Below, in pieces: positions 1 to 8,215 of a stretch of DNA of 32,000 nucleotides. Origin of the DNA: Rhodobacter capsulatus SB 1003 (GTDB lineage Bacteria > Pseudomonadota > Alphaproteobacteria > Rhodobacterales > Rhodobacteraceae); assembly GCF_000021865.1 (NCBI RefSeq), contig NC_014034.1:1710001-1742000 (forward strand), read 5' to 3'. The notes beneath the pieces were generated by a model. It saw only the letters and a list, made by a program, of their open reading frames with translations. It was not told where the DNA came from and did not search any database. The stretch's first letter is position 1. Each line of letters starts with the position of its first letter. Both the position numbers and the translations under genes were made by a program.

Positions 1-128
1 CGCGGCATTTCCAGTGCCAGCTTTGTCCCGCCCGCAGGCGGCTTCGCGCTCATGTGACCTTGGGGCTCTGGACGGCGGCTGCCCCATGCGTCACCCTGCG
101 CGGGCCTCGGGGGAGGATGGAGAGACAC

Positions 129-446
129 ATGACGACACGGTTCATCGCCTTGGCGGGCCTTGCCGCCGCAATCACCGCCCTTGCGGGCTGCAACGATCCG
201 GGCTTTCGCGGTGTGCCCGAGGTGCGCATCGCCAGCGCGGCCGAGGTGACGCAATGCCGCCTGACCAGCACGATCACCAATGAACCCGGGCTTTACGGCC
301 CCGTGGTCGGGCGCGAGGCGGAACGCTATGCCCGCAACAAGATCCTCGACATGGCCAAGGGCGACGGCGCCAATACCGTCGTCTTCGATCCGGTGATGCC
401 GGGCGAGCCGGTCTATCTGCTGACCGCCAAGGCCTATCGCTGCTGA
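129..446 (+). CDS. small lipoprotein of unknown function
   Basis: ATG 129 follows GGGAGGA (109-115). The N-terminus MTTRFIALAGLAAAITALAGC is a classical lipoprotein signal with lipobox LAGC. The part of the track ORF upstream of 129 (from 54) has no signal-peptide logic. Confidence 0.7.
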   Translation: MTTRFIALAGLAAAITALAGCNDPGFRGVPEVRIASAAEVTQCRLTSTITNEPGLYGPVVGREAERYARNKILDMAKGDGANTVVFDPVMPGEPVYLLTAKAYRC

Positions 447-508
447 TCCGCTCACGGATTCTTTACGCTGCATTGCAGAAAATGCAGGGCGGGGTTTCGG
501 CAAACGTT

Positions 509-537
509 CTTGTCGGGTCCCCGCCCGCTGCCTATAT
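509..537 (+). promoter_or_regulatory. candidate RpoH (sigma-32)-type promoter: CTTG-N18-CCTATAT
   Basis: CTTG at 509-512, an 18-nt spacer, CCTATAT at 531-537, 45 nt upstream of ATG 583. The same TTG-N18-CCTAT[A/C]T layout recurs upstream of erpA (20972-21000, minus strand). Confidence 0.35.
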
Positions 538-582
538 CCCGGCTCAGGGAGGAAACATTCTGCACCCTGTCAGGAGGTTTCC

Positions 583-819
583 ATGAGTTATGTCGAACTG
601 TTCGAAGCGCCCGCCAAGACCCCGGTCAAGGGCATGGCGGCGCGTCTGTCGCGGCTTCCTGCGGCCCTGGGCGAGGGGCTGGTGGAGGTGCTGGAAACCG
701 GCGCGCGTCTGCGCGAGGTGACCCGTCTGCGGGCGATGTCGGATGCCGAACTGGCGCTGCATCACATCACCCGCGACGAGATCGTGCCGCACGTCTTCCG
801 CGACCGTTACTGCTACTGA
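583..819 (+). CDS. small DUF1127-like protein (78 aa)
   Basis: AGGAGG (572-577) lies 5 nt before ATG 583. The C-terminal LRAMSDAELALHHITRDEI resembles the DUF1127 signature L..LSD.EL.DIGI.R..I. A GC hairpin (832-840/852-860) follows the stop. Confidence 0.65.
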   Translation: MSYVELFEAPAKTPVKGMAARLSRLPAALGEGLVEVLETGARLREVTRLRAMSDAELALHHITRDEIVPHVFRDRYCY

Positions 820-928
820 GACGGCCGGAGAGGCCGCCGCGGCTTTTGCCTGCGGCGGCCCATCCTCTTGCGCCGGACGCCCGCGCGGCCGATAGTGAGC
901 CCGTCGAACTATGCTGAAGGAGCGGGCG

Positions 929-1258
929 ATGTCGCAAGAAACCCTGACCGAAGTGCGCGGTGATCTGGTTCTGGCGGCGCTTTGCGTGGGACAGTTCCGG
1001 GCGCCCTGCCAGATCGAGGCGGAACGGCTGCTGGTGCGCGCCGACGAGTCGCTGATGCAGGCGCTGCGGGCGCTGGGTCTGGAGATTGCCGCGGTTTTCG
1101 AGGTCTTCACCCCGGCGCCGATGTTCGCGCCCGACGAGCTGATCCTGGATCAGGTGGCGCGGGGCATCATCCGCCGTCAGGTCACCACCCATGTCTTCCG
1201 GCCGCATGACGACGAAAGCGCCGAGGAAGACGGCGATTCCGTGGCTGCGGCGGTCTGA
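929..1258 (+). CDS. hypothetical protein (109 aa, acidic C-terminus)
   Basis: GAAGGAG (916-922) lies 6 nt before ATG 929; the track ORF starts at 911. No family recognised. The call rests on the RBS, the length and G/C-rich third codon positions. Confidence 0.55.
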   Translation: MSQETLTEVRGDLVLAALCVGQFRAPCQIEAERLLVRADESLMQALRALGLEIAAVFEVFTPAPMFAPDELILDQVARGIIRRQVTTHVFRPHDDESAEEDGDSVAAAV

Positions 1259-1297
1259 TCCGCCGCGCCGCCCCGCGCCCAACCCGGGGCCTGTTGC

Positions 1298-2263
1298 TCA
1301 GGCGGCGGTGCCGCCGGTCGCGGGCTCGGGCCGGGCGGATTTTCCCAGCTGATCTTCCAGCACCACCAGCCGGTTGCGGAACCGTGGCCAGCCCAGCCGC
1401 CGCACCACGTTGCGGCACAGCATCGCCTCCAGCCCGGGGCGGCCCGAGCTGTTCAGATAGCCCGCCAGCCGGCGCAGATAGCGCATCGCATTGCGCCGCC
1501 CGCGCCACAGCTTCCAGAACGCCGTGGCGGTGAAGGTGCCCGCGCAGGCCTGCGCCAGCATCGGTTCCAGCGCGTCGATCTCGGCCAGGGCGGTTTCGGG
1601 CGTGCTGCCCAGATTGCGGCAGGGCAGCAGCGTCACATGCGGCCGCGCCATCAGCGCGGCGTGCATCGCATCGGGGCCGATCAGCGGATCATAGATCACA
1701 TGCACCGCCCCGGCGCCGTCGAGCATGTCGGGGGCAAAGCCGTAACGGTCGGTGAAATTCTGCCGCCGCCGCCGCCGGAAGCGGTCGTCCCAGGCGGTCA
1801 GCCGCGCCTCGAGCGTCGCCTGCGGCGCCAGCGTGATCACCGTCGCCCCCGGCGCCGCGACCGAGAAGGCCGCCGCCGCATAGCCGCAACTGCCCGCGCC
1901 GTAAAACACCACGCGGTCGAAATCCTCGAAAAACGCCTCGTCCACGAGGCGGTCGACATAGGCATAGACGGCCGGATCGCGAAACCAGCTTTCGTCATGG
2001 GCGATCAGCGTCAGGCTGGAATGACCGCCCGCCTCGGCTAGGGTGAAGCCAAGCGGCAGCTGATCTTCGGAGCGGGCGCGGATCGCGGCGCGGATCTCGA
2101 AACTGACCAGAAGCACCGGGCCGCGGTCGGCAAAAAGCACCGAATGCTCTGCGCCAAGCGGTTCCCAATAGCCCTCAAGCTCGCCCAGTTCCTCGATGTG
2201 GCGCAGCCAGTCGCTGTCGTTCAGATCGCGCATCGTGCTGGTTTCCAACTTTCCCCCGTCCAT
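1298..2263 (-). CDS. conserved hypothetical protein (321 aa), last gene of the glycosyltransferase operon
   Basis: ATG 2263 is preceded by GGGAGA at a 6-nt spacing. A long ORF with normal amino-acid composition. It has a Rossmann/alpha-beta-like strand-loop VVFYGAGSCGYAAAAF. No named family recognised. Confidence 0.8.
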   Translation of the reverse strand: MDGGKLETSTMRDLNDSDWLRHIEELGELEGYWEPLGAEHSVLFADRGPVLLVSFEIRAAIRARSEDQLPLGFTLAEAGGHSSLTLIAHDESWFRDPAVYAYVDRLVDEAFFEDFDRVVFYGAGSCGYAAAAFSVAAPGATVITLAPQATLEARLTAWDDRFRRRRRQNFTDRYGFAPDMLDGAGAVHVIYDPLIGPDAMHAALMARPHVTLLPCRNLGSTPETALAEIDALEPMLAQACAGTFTATAFWKLWRGRRNAMRYLRRLAGYLNSSGRPGLEAMLCRNVVRRLGWPRFRNRLVVLEDQLGKSARPEPATGGTAA

Positions 2264-2419
2264 CGCCGCTCTCCCGCTTTTGTGCGGAAGTCTGCCTGAA
2301 CAGGGTTAATCTATCATTCCCGCCGCCTGCCGGAAATGCGCGGCAGGCAAGAAAATAGCTTGGATTGTCGGGAAGGCGGCGCCAATCCGGCGAAAGGCGG
2401 GCCAGTGTTTCCTCCGCGG

Positions 2420-3469
2420 TTACGCCCGCGGCTTTCGGGCCGCGGCGGCCAGACCCAGCGCCTGCATCCGCGCGGCCAGCGCGGGCGGCAAGGGCTGCGA
2501 GGGCGGGGTCAGCATCAGCCGCCCGAAAAGCGCGCGGAACGGCTCCTCTGCCATCAGCCTTGCAAAGCGTTCGTGCCGCCAGGCCACGCCCGCGCGGTGC
2601 AGCCGGTCGATCTCGGCATCAGCGCGCAGCTGCGCCAGCCCCGCTGCCGTGGCGGCGGCATAGCGGGACATCGAGCGATCCTCGACATCGCAGAAATTGC
2701 GCTCGACCCAATAGCTCAGATCGAAGGTCGAGGCGTCCCGATTGGCCCTGCCGCGGTCGCATTTGAGCACGTAGCTCTGCATCGCCCCCAGCGCGTAATG
2801 GTTGAGCTGCACCAGCTGCCAGGGGTTTTCGCCCAGGGGCGTGAACAGCCGCCCGCTGCGGTAGGCCTCGGGCAGGGCCCGGCCGCTGCCATCGACCCAG
2901 ACCGTCTGCGCGATCCGGTCGGGGTCGGGGGCGCGGGGGCGGTGCACGCCCAGCTTGCGATAGGCGCCATCGTTGCGAAACAGCGTCTTGATCAGGCTTG
3001 CCCGCCAGGGCCAGGTCATGCCCGGGGGGGCGGCGCGGGTGAATTGCGCGCTCACCGGCGCGTCGATGAAATCGACCACCCCCGCATTGCCGAACAGCCG
3101 CCAGGTCAGCGCGATCGCTGTCGCCTGCGGGCGCGCGGCCAGCAGCGCCGCCAGCGTGCCGTCGCCCGCATGGATGTTGACGAATTCGTCGATGTCGAGG
3201 ACCAGAACCCAGTCGGCGGCGCGCATCAACGGGTGCTTGTCGGCCGCCTTCAGCGCCGCCCATTGCGGCCCCTCGCGCCAGGGGCCGGGGTTGCGGATAT
3301 GGGTCAGCGCGCCCAAAGCCTGCAGCCGGTCCAGAAGCGCATCGGTGCCGTCGCTGCAATCGTTGGAAAAGACAAGGAAATCGGTGAACCCCACGGCGCG
3401 GTGATGGGCCAGCCATTCCAGCAGGAAGGCCGCCTCGTTCTTCACCGTCAGAATGGCCAGCGCCCGCAT
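2420..3469 (-). CDS. family-2 glycosyltransferase (Glyco_tranf_2_4-like)
   Basis: 349 aa. LAILTVKNEAAFLLEWLAHHRAVGFTDFLVFSNDCSDGTD plus the DxD motif LVLDIDEFV are typical of this GT fold. Its ATG overlaps the upstream stop (ATGA, 3467-3471). Confidence 0.9.
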   Translation of the reverse strand: MRALAILTVKNEAAFLLEWLAHHRAVGFTDFLVFSNDCSDGTDALLDRLQALGALTHIRNPGPWREGPQWAALKAADKHPLMRAADWVLVLDIDEFVNIHAGDGTLAALLAARPQATAIALTWRLFGNAGVVDFIDAPVSAQFTRAAPPGMTWPWRASLIKTLFRNDGAYRKLGVHRPRAPDPDRIAQTVWVDGSGRALPEAYRSGRLFTPLGENPWQLVQLNHYALGAMQSYVLKCDRGRANRDASTFDLSYWVERNFCDVEDRSMSRYAAATAAGLAQLRADAEIDRLHRAGVAWRHERFARLMAEEPFRALFGRLMLTPPSQPLPPALAARMQALGLAAAARKPRA

Positions 3470-5859
3470 CAGTGGTTCGCCTCGCCCTCGTGGTCCACGG
3501 TGAAGAAGAAATCAGCCGGCAGGTCGCGCAGGTGCAGATCCTCCGGGATCACCCCCGGACCGGCGTTGAACACGGCCGAGCCGAAGACATGGAGAATGCG
3601 GGACAGCTTCTCGAACCGGTCCGAACAAAGTTCGGCGTAGAAATTCGCGTAAGCCTCGGTCGCGCGCAATTCCGCGATCTTTGCCCGATGCGCCGCGACG
3701 GAATGCTCATGCGCGGCGCGGATCTCGGGATCGGCCATGAGCCGGTCGAACTCCGCCCGCGCGCGCGGGATCATCCGCTGGATCGAGCGATCCTCGACCG
3801 CGTTGTGATTCATCCGGAACCAGTAGTTCAGCCCCTGATCGCGGTCGACATGGTTCACCCGGCCACGGTCGCGCTTGACCAGAAAGCTCTCGGCCGAGCG
3901 CACGGCGTAGTGATTGAGCTGCACCCAGTCATAGCCGTAAGTGCTTGATGTCGAACGCCAGCCGTTGCGATACATCTCGCGCGGCATCGGCTTGCCCGAG
4001 CCGTTCAGCCACTGCACCTGATCCCACAGATCGGGCAAAAGCCCCTTCGGCCGGTGCACGCCGAGCTTTTTATAGATGTCGATGTTGCGAAACAGCGTCT
4101 TGAAGCCCCAGGCCTGATGCGGCTTGCGCACGATCTCGGGGGCGCAGGTGGTGAATTGCTCGAGCAGGAAGCGGTCTTCGTAGTCATGCACGTCCGAGTT
4201 GCCGAAAAGCCGCCAGGTCAGGGCGATCATGTTCGCCGTGCCCATCGCCTCATACAAAGCGCGAAGCGTGCCGTCGCCGATCTTCACATCGATGAATTCA
4301 TCGACATCCATGCAGATCGCCCAGCCGCAATTCTGAATGAGCGGCTCGCTCTCGGCGCTTTCAAGGGCGGCATGCTGGGGCGGCATGTCCATGCTGCGAA
4401 ACGGGTTGTCGCGGTGCTGGCAGATGCCCTTGCGTTGCAGCAGCTCCAGCATCGTGTCGGTGCCGTCGGTGCAGTCATTGGTGTAGATCAGGAAATCATC
4501 GACGCCGATGGCGCGGTGATAGGCGATCCATTCGAGGATGAAGGGCCCTTCGTTCTTCATCGTGGTGACGATGCAGGTGCGGCCCGCTTCCGTTGCCCGC
4601 ACCGGCGCGGGGCGCGGTTTCGAGACCGGCGGGCGGATCGGTTTCGCCCCCCAGATCCCGGTCGCCACCTGCAAGAGTTCCGGGTCTTCGATGAGCGAGG
4701 TTTTCGGCGCCAGTTCCGAGGCCGCCCGCCCCGGCACCCGCAGCCCCATCGCGCGCCAGAACGGGATCAGGCTGGCCGGATCGGGTTTCGTATAGGCGAT
4801 GCGCAGCAGCCGCCAGGTCGCATCAAGCCCGACCTTGCCCGGCGCCACCCCCCAGCGGGCAATGCCGCGCGTCGCGTCGAACTGACGGCAGAGGTGATCG
4901 GAAAACCGCGCTTCGGCCCCCGCCCGCACCCGCCAGGGATAGATCCGCCGCCCCACCAGCGTCACCATGCCCGAGGGCGCAGCCAGACAGCGGTCAAAGG
5001 CCGAGGGCGTGCCCGCGGGGCGCGGCTGCAAAAGGTCGGTCACGTCCAGCTGCAGCACGACACGCGCCCGGGCCAGAAAGCGCCATTTCGCCAGTTCAAG
5101 CACGATCCCCTGACCGAGTGGCGCCCGCCAGGGATCGTTCGGCGGAACCTCCATCCGGTCCTTGCCCGGCGCGTCGGGGGCGTGGAACGGGTGGTTTTCC
5201 GGCCCGTGATCGGGCTTGCCCAAGGGGGTGTCCGAAGACAGCACCACGACCGTCATCGCCCGGTCCCGCCCCGCCAATTCGCGCGCGATCGCCGCAGCCA
5301 GAGCCGGGCCGTGCAGGGCGTCGCTGTCGGGGGGCGAGCGGTCAAGGATCAGCGCAGCTTCGGCCCCGTGCTGGTCGTGATGCCAGACCAGCCAATCGGC
5401 AATGGTCAGCGCGCTTTCTTCGAGCCGTTGCGCGAAAAGACAGAATTTGCCCGCGAAAAGATCTGTTTCGGCCGCGGCGGGGGTGATTTCGACCGGCACC
5501 ACAGCGCCTTGCGGCGGCGTGACCGGGGCAGGGGCGTCGTCATCGCTGTCCGGCTTCAGCGGGCGGATCGCCTCGGGGCAAAGGCCAAGCCGCAGCGGCC
5601 CCTCGGGCGCGGCGCGGCCATGCACCATCACGCCGCCCGCCACCTCGCGCCGGTCGATCACCTCGAACCCGCCCGCGGGCGGATCGGTGGCGATCTGCCC
5701 GGCAAAGGCGGGATGGGCAAAGAAAAGCCGCAGCGTGCGGCCGGGGCGGCCGTTGCGGACCTCGGGCCAGATCACGGCATCAAGCAGCCGCAGCCCCGCG
5801 GGCCCCTGCGCAAAGCTTTGCCCCTGCATCTGCCGTGCGACGACCGTCGATCCGTTCAT
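3469..5859 (-). CDS. two-domain glycosyltransferase: degenerate N-terminal GT-like domain plus intact C-terminal Glyco_tranf_2_4-like domain
   Basis: Start chosen at ATG 5859, with GGGGG 6 nt upstream; the track ORF runs on to 6057 through Arg/Gly-rich sequence. 796 aa. The C-terminal half (CIVTTMKNEGPFILEWIAYHRAIGVDDFLIYTNDCTDGTD, ICMDVDEFI) is a paralog of the downstream GT. Confidence 0.85.
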   Translation of the reverse strand: MNGSTVVARQMQGQSFAQGPAGLRLLDAVIWPEVRNGRPGRTLRLFFAHPAFAGQIATDPPAGGFEVIDRREVAGGVMVHGRAAPEGPLRLGLCPEAIRPLKPDSDDDAPAPVTPPQGAVVPVEITPAAAETDLFAGKFCLFAQRLEESALTIADWLVWHHDQHGAEAALILDRSPPDSDALHGPALAAAIARELAGRDRAMTVVVLSSDTPLGKPDHGPENHPFHAPDAPGKDRMEVPPNDPWRAPLGQGIVLELAKWRFLARARVVLQLDVTDLLQPRPAGTPSAFDRCLAAPSGMVTLVGRRIYPWRVRAGAEARFSDHLCRQFDATRGIARWGVAPGKVGLDATWRLLRIAYTKPDPASLIPFWRAMGLRVPGRAASELAPKTSLIEDPELLQVATGIWGAKPIRPPVSKPRPAPVRATEAGRTCIVTTMKNEGPFILEWIAYHRAIGVDDFLIYTNDCTDGTDTMLELLQRKGICQHRDNPFRSMDMPPQHAALESAESEPLIQNCGWAICMDVDEFIDVKIGDGTLRALYEAMGTANMIALTWRLFGNSDVHDYEDRFLLEQFTTCAPEIVRKPHQAWGFKTLFRNIDIYKKLGVHRPKGLLPDLWDQVQWLNGSGKPMPREMYRNGWRSTSSTYGYDWVQLNHYAVRSAESFLVKRDRGRVNHVDRDQGLNYWFRMNHNAVEDRSIQRMIPRARAEFDRLMADPEIRAAHEHSVAAHRAKIAELRATEAYANFYAELCSDRFEKLSRILHVFGSAVFNAGPGVIPEDLHLRDLPADFFFTVDHEGEANH

Positions 5860-6050
5860 GCTGCCCCCGTTTTGACCAGTCCTAGCAGGGCCCCGGCCCG
5901 CTTTCAAACGGGCGCTGGTCTGCGGGGTGATTGTTTCGCCTGTGGTGACAGTGGCGGCGGATCGTTGCCGGGTCCGCTGCCCGGAAATTGCCCGAAATCC
6001 GCTGCGAAATCGGCCAAAGCCCGTGATGACTGGGGCCGGGGGCGCTATCC

Positions 6051-6078
6051 TTGCCAAGCCGGTGATTGCGGATAGAAT
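6051..6078 (+). promoter_or_regulatory. candidate sigma-70 promoter TTGCCA-N16-TAGAAT
   Basis: TTGCCA at 6051-6056, a 16-nt spacer, TAGAAT at 6073-6078. It is followed by AAGGAAAAGGG and ATG 6105, inside the 245-bp divergent intergenic region. Confidence 0.35.
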
Positions 6079-6104
6079 GCCCGGGCAAGGAAAAGGGTGT
6101 GCAG

Positions 6105-6875
6105 ATGGACGAGCAAGACGGCAAGGTGGGGCTGCGCCGCAACCCCGGTCAGAAATACAGCCTGTTTCTGGACGAGCTGCACAGCCGGATGGTGTTCGAC
6201 TGGTACATGGAAATCGGCTGCCGCGCCGGGCGCAGCTTTGCCCCGGTGACGGGCAAGACCATCGCCGTCGATCCCTTTTTCAAGGCGGAAACGAACATCA
6301 TCGGCGCCAAGCCGCAACTGCTGATCTTTCAGCAGACGAGCGACGATTTCTTCGCCTCGGGGATGCTCGAGCGGATGGGGATCAAGCTGTCGCTCTCGTT
6401 CCTCGACGGGATGCATCTTTTTGAATATCTGCTGCGCGATTTCATGAATACCGAGGCGGTCTCGAACCCCGATGGCGTGATCGCGCTGCATGACTGCCTG
6501 CCCTTCAACCAGCGCATGCTGACCCGCGATCTGCAGAACCTGCCGAAGGGGCCCTGGACGGGCGATGTGTGGAAGCTGATCCCGATCTTGCGCAAATACC
6601 GCCCCGATCTGCAGCTGACGGTGCTGAACTGCCGCCCGACCGGGCTGGTGTTCGTGTCGAACCTCGATCCGAAAAACACCGTGCTGCGCGACAATTACGA
6701 CGCGATCCTGGCGGAATGGACCTCGATCGATCTGGTGCCCTATGGCGTCGGGCGCTTCTACGACTGTTTCGAAAGCGTCGATGCCGAGACCTTTGCCGCC
6801 GCCGATTACCCGATCTTCGCGAAGATCCGGCAGGCCCCCGCGACGATCCGCAAGCCCACCAAGGTCACGAAATAA
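6105..6875 (+). CDS. class I SAM-dependent methyltransferase-fold protein (Methyltransf_24-like)
   Basis: 256 aa from ATG 6105, with the RBS AAGGAAAAGGG upstream. It carries a motif-I-like YMEIGCRAGRS plus FLDGMHLFEYLLRDF and WTGDVWK, as in glycan-cluster methyltransferase-fold proteins. Confidence 0.75.
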   Translation: MDEQDGKVGLRRNPGQKYSLFLDELHSRMVFDWYMEIGCRAGRSFAPVTGKTIAVDPFFKAETNIIGAKPQLLIFQQTSDDFFASGMLERMGIKLSLSFLDGMHLFEYLLRDFMNTEAVSNPDGVIALHDCLPFNQRMLTRDLQNLPKGPWTGDVWKLIPILRKYRPDLQLTVLNCRPTGLVFVSNLDPKNTVLRDNYDAILAEWTSIDLVPYGVGRFYDCFESVDAETFAAADYPIFAKIRQAPATIRKPTKVTK

Positions 6876-6889
6876 CCCCGGAGGCAGCG

Positions 6890-8200
6890 ATGTCGGCACG
6901 CGAAGACGATCCCTCCCGCGCCCCGGAGCCGCAGGGCGGCTGGTCCACCAGGATCGTCTGCGTGCCCGATGCGCTGGTCGTGCCCGCAACCGTGCCCGAC
7001 ATGGTGCAGCCGATGGGCATCTATGATGCCGAGGGCGCCTATGTGCGCGAAGGGGTGCTCTGGCGTGGCCGCCGCCTGATGGTCGAACCCGAGATCCGCC
7101 CCGAGCCGGTGGCGGATCTGCCCGGGCGCTGGATCTGGGGCGGCATCCTGCTCAATCACTTCGGGCATTTTCTGGTCGAAAGCACGCCGCGGCTTTGGGC
7201 GCTGGACGCGGTCGAGGGGGCGGTCGACGGCCTGATCTTCACCGTCAAGCGCGAGACGATCGAGGAAGCGGGAGAGCTGAGGCTGCAGCCGTTCCAGCGG
7301 CTCTTCTTCGATCTTCTGGGCATCGACCTGCCGATCCGCATCCTGTCGCAGCCGACCCGGGTCGCGCGGCTGGAGGTGCCCGGGCAGGGCTTCGGTCTGG
7401 GCGCGATCGCCGCCGGGACGGCGCCGTTCCGGGCCTTTTTCGAGACCCGCTTTGCCCGCAACATCGCCCCGCAGGGCGCGGAAAAGCTTTATATTTCCCG
7501 CTCGGCGCTCGGGCCTGCGCGCGGCGGCGTGCTCGGCGAGGACCGGATCGAGGCGGCGCTCTCGGCGGCGGGCTACGAGATTTTCCACCCGCAAAAACAC
7601 AGCCTGCAATCGCAGATCGCGCATTACAAGGCGGCGCGGCAGGTGGTGGCGCTCGATGGTTCGGCGCTGCACATGGTGGCGATGGTGGGGCGGCGCGATC
7701 AGCAGGTGGCGATGATCCGGCGCCGGGTGTCCGACGTGTCGGACAGCATCGTGACGCATCTGACCGCCTTCACCGGGCGGGCGCCGCAGGTGATCGACGT
7801 GATCGAACAGGACTGGGTGCGCTCCGACCGCAAGCGGGCGGACCGGCATTCGGTGGGCCAGCTCGATCTGCCCGCGCTCGGCCGGGCGCTGGTGGCGGGC
7901 GGTTTCCTGCCCGAAGGCGCCGGGATCGCGGCGATGACCGAGGCCGAGATCCACGCCGCGGTGCATGTTTTCGAGGATGCGCTGAGCGGCAAGCTGAGCT
8001 TCGAGCCGCTGGCCCGCGGGGCGCAGCGCGTGCTGCCCGAGGCCGGGCCGGTGGTGCGGCGGCGCAAGGACAAGCCGGGGGCTGCGCCCGGCCAGGAAGG
8101 CAAGCTCAAGGGCGAGGACCGGCGCGCGGCGCGGATGGCGCGGCGGGCCGAAAGGACCGAACGGCGCGAAAAACGCGCGGCGGCCCGGCCCGAGGGCTGA
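6890..8200 (+). CDS. GT61/DUF563 family glycosyltransferase with Arg/Glu-rich C-terminal tail
   Basis: ATG 6890 follows CCGGAGG (6878-6884) and lies 14 nt after the upstream stop. WGGILLNHFGHFLVESTPRLWAL is the DUF563 signature. 436 aa. Confidence 0.85.
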   Translation: MSAREDDPSRAPEPQGGWSTRIVCVPDALVVPATVPDMVQPMGIYDAEGAYVREGVLWRGRRLMVEPEIRPEPVADLPGRWIWGGILLNHFGHFLVESTPRLWALDAVEGAVDGLIFTVKRETIEEAGELRLQPFQRLFFDLLGIDLPIRILSQPTRVARLEVPGQGFGLGAIAAGTAPFRAFFETRFARNIAPQGAEKLYISRSALGPARGGVLGEDRIEAALSAAGYEIFHPQKHSLQSQIAHYKAARQVVALDGSALHMVAMVGRRDQQVAMIRRRVSDVSDSIVTHLTAFTGRAPQVIDVIEQDWVRSDRKRADRHSVGQLDLPALGRALVAGGFLPEGAGIAAMTEAEIHAAVHVFEDALSGKLSFEPLARGAQRVLPEAGPVVRRRKDKPGAAPGQEGKLKGEDRRAARMARRAERTERREKRAAARPEG

Positions 8201-8215
8201 GACCGCCGCGGCCCT

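Noticed and set aside
4054-6075. 673-aa plus-strand ORF
   Set aside because: It is antisense to the large glycosyltransferase gene. The product is Arg/Gly/Pro/His-rich low-complexity sequence with no motifs. It is a typical shadow ORF of a high-GC gene, whereas the minus-strand frame has clear GT motifs.
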